From an uncultured Bacillota bacterium (GTDB lineage Bacteria > Bacillota > DTU025 > MWDF01), in contig CAWGMK010000013.1 of NCBI GenBank assembly GCA_963823655.1, forward strand, positions 256,001 through 320,000: a DNA stretch of 64,000 nucleotides. Reading direction: 5' to 3'. Within the stretch, counting starts at the first letter, position 1, and each line of letters opens with the position of its first letter. Below are positions 59,761 through 64,000 of the stretch, in pieces. A program made the position numbers and the translations under genes. The notes beneath the pieces are model-generated. The model did not search any database. It was not told the DNA's origin and was given only the letters and a program-made list of their open reading frames with translations.

Positions 59761-60982
59761 TTGGAGTAGGTATACCTCACTTTATACATCTGGGTTACCG
59801 TACCCTTCGCAGGCACAATAAGCCTTATAACTGCGGTGTTGCCCTCTTTTCGCTGCCAATCCGCGCCCGTGTTGTTTATGAGCTCCCAGTCGCCCGGGAA
59901 GCTCTCAATCAATTGGACTTCGGTTGCGGTAATCGAGGCAGACCTTACGATTATCCTGAATGATTCCTCATACGAGCTGGTCCCTACTGACTTGCTCTCC
60001 GTCTTTTCGATCTCGGCGGAAATTTCGGCGGCAGAGTCAATCTTTACGAGCATTCTTCCTCCGCTAACGCTAATATTCGCAGAATCAACGGATTTGGCCG
60101 GTACCATCCCGTTTTGTGCATCCTGCAGATATACTGCCATCTTTATTGTGCTCGAAGGCAGGCTCTCAAGCGCCGGAGACGACGAGGTCTCCATGAATAT
60201 GTCCAGTTTTATCTGCTCTTTCACAGCCTGCTTGCCCATGTAACCTTTAAGTCCCGAGCCGATGAGCCGCCTACGAAGACTCTATAAGGGACTGAAGCCA
60301 GCTCGGCGACCAGCAACTGAAGTTGGCTGTTGCCTGCAAGGTCAATGGACTGGCCAACGGGCTTTATCGCCTTCCACAGCTCAACTCCGCTGACAAGCCC
60401 CTGCGCAGATGGCAGGGATCCCCCGGGGCCGAACAGCAGGAACTCGGCATCGGTGAAATCGACAGAAGACAGGTTGCGTATGTTCAGGAAAAGCTGCGCA
60501 TCCAGGCTCATCGCAACCCCAGCGTTTATGTGCCCGGACACAGCCCAGCTGATGCTCCTTGTAAGGTATGTGATCTGGAATACCACAGGCCCGCCGTCCT
60601 TGGAAAAGGCCTTCCAGGAGAGCATTGAAGGAGCGTTCACCGCATTGCCGATAATAATGGACTCTATGCTGCAGCTGCCCTCAACCACCTTAATAAGAAG
60701 GCTGCCGTCTACAAGGCCTGAATCTGACTGCGCGCCGGTTACTAAGGAGATGCCCGGGCTCAACTCCGCACTTGCCACATAAGTGACCATTGCAAGGCCC
60801 TGGCTGCCCCCTAATATCTTCAGGTCCGACACAACGGCAGTTATACCGTCCTGGGCCCCTTGCGTCGGCGGTATGCCCTGCAAGGGTTGTGCCGAGGCGT
60901 TAAATGACGGCAAAGCCATGAATGCCGAAAGCAGCAGCATCGCTGACAACAGGTAAGTCCTATTTGTTCTGCGACGTATCAT
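59757..60982 (-). CDS. Secreted DUF4139-like protein (frameshift near 60240)
   Basis: Sec-type signal peptide, TYLT..ISW motif and C-terminal VPA.G....Y.V pattern. Confidence 0.6.
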
Positions 60983-60986
60983 GTGC

Positions 60987-62246
60987 CTAACCCCTTCCTA
61001 TGACCATTTCAGCGAAACCCATAAGTGTCGTCTCCATCTGATGCCTGCTCAGGCCGCCTTGCATGTAAGCCGTAAACGGCGGCCTCATTGGTGCATCAGC
61101 TGAAAGCTCTATCGACGATCCCTGTATGAACGCGCCCGCCGCCATAACGACATCGTCCGAATAACCCGGCATGAACCCGGGTTCAGGTGTTGCCTTGGCA
61201 TCAACCGGCGAGCCTCCCTGAACTGCCTTCATGAAACTCAGTAAGGCCTCTTTATTACCCAATTCTACGCGCACTACCGAATCCCCCCTGCCCTGCCTCG
61301 GCCCAGGATCCGTCTTGAAGCCCAATCTGGCAAGGAAGCAGGAGGCGAAGGCGGATGCGCACATTGCCTCGCATGTGATCATCGGGGCGAAGTACAGCCC
61401 CTGCGCGATGAGACGATTCATGCCTAGCGTTGGTCCGCAGTGCGAGCCCAATCCCGGTGCCGTAAGTCTTGATGCCGCCTTTTCGACAAGATCGGCCCGT
61501 CCTGCGACATATCCTCCCGCCGGCGCGATTCCGCCTCCAGGATTCTTTATGAGAGAGCCTGCTATAAGGTGAGCCCCCGCCGCGGTAGGCTCTTGTGTAT
61601 CGGTGAACTCTCCGTAGCAATTGTCCACTATTACGACAGCCTCGGGATTTGACGAGCCCACTACCTCGCAGATTCGTCCTATCTCGCCGATGCTGAGCGG
61701 TTTTCTTGTGGAATATCCCCTGGACCTCTGGACAAGCACAGCATCGGCCGACTTGGCGGCGGCCGATATGGCATCGTAGTCTGGCTCCCCGTCGCTTGCG
61801 GGCTCAACCTGAATGTAGCCTATGCCCAGCTCTGCAAGAGAGCCATGGCCCTCTTTCCCGCCTATTATCCCGTCCAATGTATCGTATGGCTTGCCGAAAG
61901 CAGCAAGCAATTTGCCCCCCGGCCTTAAAACCCCGAAAAGCGCCAATGAGATCGCATGGGTGCCGGAGACAATCTGATGCCTTACCAAAGAGGCCTCAGA
62001 GCCGGCAATCACCGAGAATGCCGCTTCGATTGCCTGTCTGCCTGCATCATTGTAGCCGTAGCCGGTAGTCCCGCCGAATTGATAGTCCGAAAGACCTGCC
62101 GATTTGAATGCGGCAAGTACGCGGGCCATATTGACCCGTCTTATCCCCTCATAGGCAGCCTGCTGGCCTCGGCATTCCTCAAGCGAGGCCTCTGCCATCT
62201 CCACAACCCGGCTGCTGTATTGTCCCAAATTATCGAAAGCTCCCAT
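60987..62246 (-). CDS. YnbB-like PLP protein (methionine gamma-lyase / aluminium-resistance family)
   Basis: GYGYND.GR, SGTHA, QRSRGY, DNCYGEF, GSLIKNPGG and SIELSAD motifs. Confidence 0.92.
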   Translation of the reverse strand: MGAFDNLGQYSSRVVEMAEASLEECRGQQAAYEGIRRVNMARVLAAFKSAGLSDYQFGGTTGYGYNDAGRQAIEAAFSVIAGSEASLVRHQIVSGTHAISLALFGVLRPGGKLLAAFGKPYDTLDGIIGGKEGHGSLAELGIGYIQVEPASDGEPDYDAISAAAKSADAVLVQRSRGYSTRKPLSIGEIGRICEVVGSSNPEAVVIVDNCYGEFTDTQEPTAAGAHLIAGSLIKNPGGGIAPAGGYVAGRADLVEKAASRLTAPGLGSHCGPTLGMNRLIAQGLYFAPMITCEAMCASAFASCFLARLGFKTDPGPRQGRGDSVVRVELGNKEALLSFMKAVQGGSPVDAKATPEPGFMPGYSDDVVMAAGAFIQGSSIELSADAPMRPPFTAYMQGGLSRHQMETTLMGFAEMVIGRG

Positions 62247-62253
62247 CCTGCCC

Positions 62254-63193
62254 CTATTCCATTCCCTTCTGCTCATAATCCCTGCTGATAGACTCCGCGA
62301 TCTCGGCCGGATCCATGAGCCCCGAATCAAACCAGGTTATGTCTTTATGCCTTCTAAACCAGGTCATCTGCCTTTTGGAGTACTTCCTGGTCTCGGCCTT
62401 TATGCTGTCAACGGCGGCCTCTTTCGAGATCCCGCCCTCCAGGTACCTGATCAGCTCTTTATACCCAATTGCCTGCAATGCGACTTTATTGGCTGCGAAT
62501 CCTCCGGCCACAAGGCCGATTACCTCTTCAAGCAGGCCCTGTTCCATCATGCGGTCGACTCTTGCCTCTATCCTTGCGACAAGCAATGCCCTATCCATAT
62601 TAACGCCGTAGAAAACCGCAGGGATGCAAGGCCCTGAAACGGATACCTTCTGAAGCTCGCTGATGGGCCTTCCGGCGTTGCTGAAGACCTCAAGGGCCCT
62701 CACTATCCTTCTTGTGTCATTGGAGTGGATCCTGGAGGCAGCCAGCGGATCTACGGCTTCAAGCTGCCTGTGCAGGGCGTTTGAACCTTCGGCATCGGCG
62801 CGGGCGTAAAGCTCCGCCCTCAGCTTCTCGTCCGCCTGCTTGTCCGGGAACAGGAACCCTCTAGTGGCCGCGTCCACATAAAGGCCTGTACCGCCCGCGA
62901 TGATCGACACTTTTCCCCTTGAAGAAATCTCGTCATAGGCGGCTTCGGCAAGCTCGCAATACCTTGCTACCGACATGGGCTCGTCCGGCCCGCAAACATC
63001 GATCAAGTGGTGCCTTACCAGCTGTGCATCCTCTGCCGTAGGCTTGGCGGTACCTATGTTCATTCCTTTGTAGACTTGCATGGAAATCGGCGGAGATGAT
63101 CTCCCCTCCAAGTAACTGCGCAAGCCTCATAGCCACATCCGATTTCCCGGAGGCGGTGGGACCGACTATGGCAATTGCCTTCCTTCTTGGCAT
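62254..63193 (-). CDS. miaA: tRNA dimethylallyltransferase (frameshift near 63085)
   Basis: GPTASGKS, ISAD/SMQVY, IGTAKP, GGTGLY, IGYKE and KRQMTWF motifs. Confidence 0.97.
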
Positions 63194-63200
63194 CTGCAAG

Positions 63201-64000
63201 CTATACCGCCTTCTCGAATCCCACGTACTCGACTGCGCCGGACGCGCCGGAGTGGAACACCCTGTAGCCTTTCATCCTGCAAATGAACGAGAGGTCCTCG
63301 CCCTTGCTTACTTTCATCACGAAGCGCCTTTTTGCAGCCCTGAACGCCGCCTTGATGTCTTCTGCTCCGGGCATTCCCCTGACTGACCATGCCCTAATGG
63401 CGTCCATCGGAGTCGCATGCGCGAAAGGTTCGGTGAACATCGGATCCATGTAGACGATATCGAAGCTTCCCTCCGGGCATCCGCCAAGCAATTGCCTGAA
63501 GTCCGCATGCCTTCTCTCGATCCTGGAAATTGCGGCTTCTACCGGTCCGTCGCCCTTATATGCCCTCATACCGAGGTCGACCACTTCGAATATCGCCTTC
63601 GAAGCCTCAAGAGCCAGCACTCTTCCTTTGGCCGAGACCACCGAAGACGCCACTATGGAGTCTGAACCCAGGCCCATGGTGCAATCCAGAAAGCTGTCCC
63701 CGGGCAACAGGCCCAGAGCCTCTACAAAAGCGTCCTTGCCGCCGTCAGCGATGCTTTTAAGCCTCAATAGGGACGAGCTCGGGTGGAAACGCATGCTATT
63801 GGCAGCGCGCCCCCCGCAATATCTCCTAAGGCTAACGCCGGACTCCTCGAATACTAAGACATCGGCAACGTCCAGATCAGAGATCCTGCCTGACAATTGT
63901 GCCCTGCTAACGAACTCCCATCCGATCCTCGCGCTCTCGCCAATAGCCCCATCCAACTTATCGCCGCCGCTCTTGCCGATCGCTATGGATGTAGTGATGA
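63201..64000 (-). CDS. Class I SAM-dependent methyltransferase (RsmJ-like), 5' partial
   Basis: FHPS, LDCTMGLGSD and DIVYMDPMF motifs. The frame stays open to the window edge; a typical upstream neighbour of miaA. Confidence 0.85.
   Translation of the reverse strand, partial: ITTSIAIGKSGGDKLDGAIGESARIGWEFVSRAQLSGRISDLDVADVLVFEESGVSLRRYCGGRAANSMRFHPSSSLLRLKSIADGGKDAFVEALGLLPGDSFLDCTMGLGSDSIVASSVVSAKGRVLALEASKAIFEVVDLGMRAYKGDGPVEAAISRIERRHADFRQLLGGCPEGSFDIVYMDPMFTEPFAHATPMDAIRAWSVRGMPGAEDIKAAFRAAKRRFVMKVSKGEDLSFICRMKGYRVFHSGASGAVEYVGFEKAV

Noticed and set aside
10609-61293. KOPS/SRS-like octamers (GGGCAGGG, GAGAAGGG) pointing towards dif
   Set aside because: Several were seen in the expected orientation, but they can be explained by codon usage. 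An exhaustive two-strand count was not possible by eye.

Overview
64 kb of core chromosome from a moderately GC-rich Bacillota (Firmicutes)-type anaerobe. The taxonomic call rests on PolC, Cheo/SOS boxes, scpAB, plsY, the ispH-rpsA fusion and a buk/ptb/VOR module. From 1 to ~55.1 kb all protein genes are on the + strand: hslU, rpsB-tsf, pyrH-frr-uppS-cdsA-dxr-rseP-ispG-proS-GT2-polC, rimP-nusA-infB-rbfA-truB-ribF, rpsO-pnp, buk-ptb-buk-vor, nudF-xerD-deoB-pdp, trpS-scpAB-ktrA-rluB, a three-gene minor type IV pilin-like cassette, cmk-plsC-tal-ispH/rpsA, prsA, der-plsY, two mgtC-like genes, surE and pduL. After ~55.2 kb almost all genes are on the - strand. A canonical 28-bp dif site (55173-55200) lies exactly at this switch, so the window very probably spans the replication terminus. 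Extra XerD-arm-like boxes surround it, including one in the xerD promoter and an inverted, dif-like partner site 1.5 kb away. Other highlights are a PolC with no DEDD exonuclease domain but a full set of PHP metal ligands, an IF2 with 13-aa and 10-aa tandem repeats, a family-4 uracil-DNA glycosylase with an N-terminal clamp-binding-like motif, a RibF without a riboflavin kinase domain, and the absence of sporulation genes, codY, hfq and gpsA from their usual syntenic slots. Four tRNAs are present. Roughly 25-30 small indels split ORFs, including essential genes, and are best read as sequencing/assembly errors. No CRISPR, prophage or IS element was seen.
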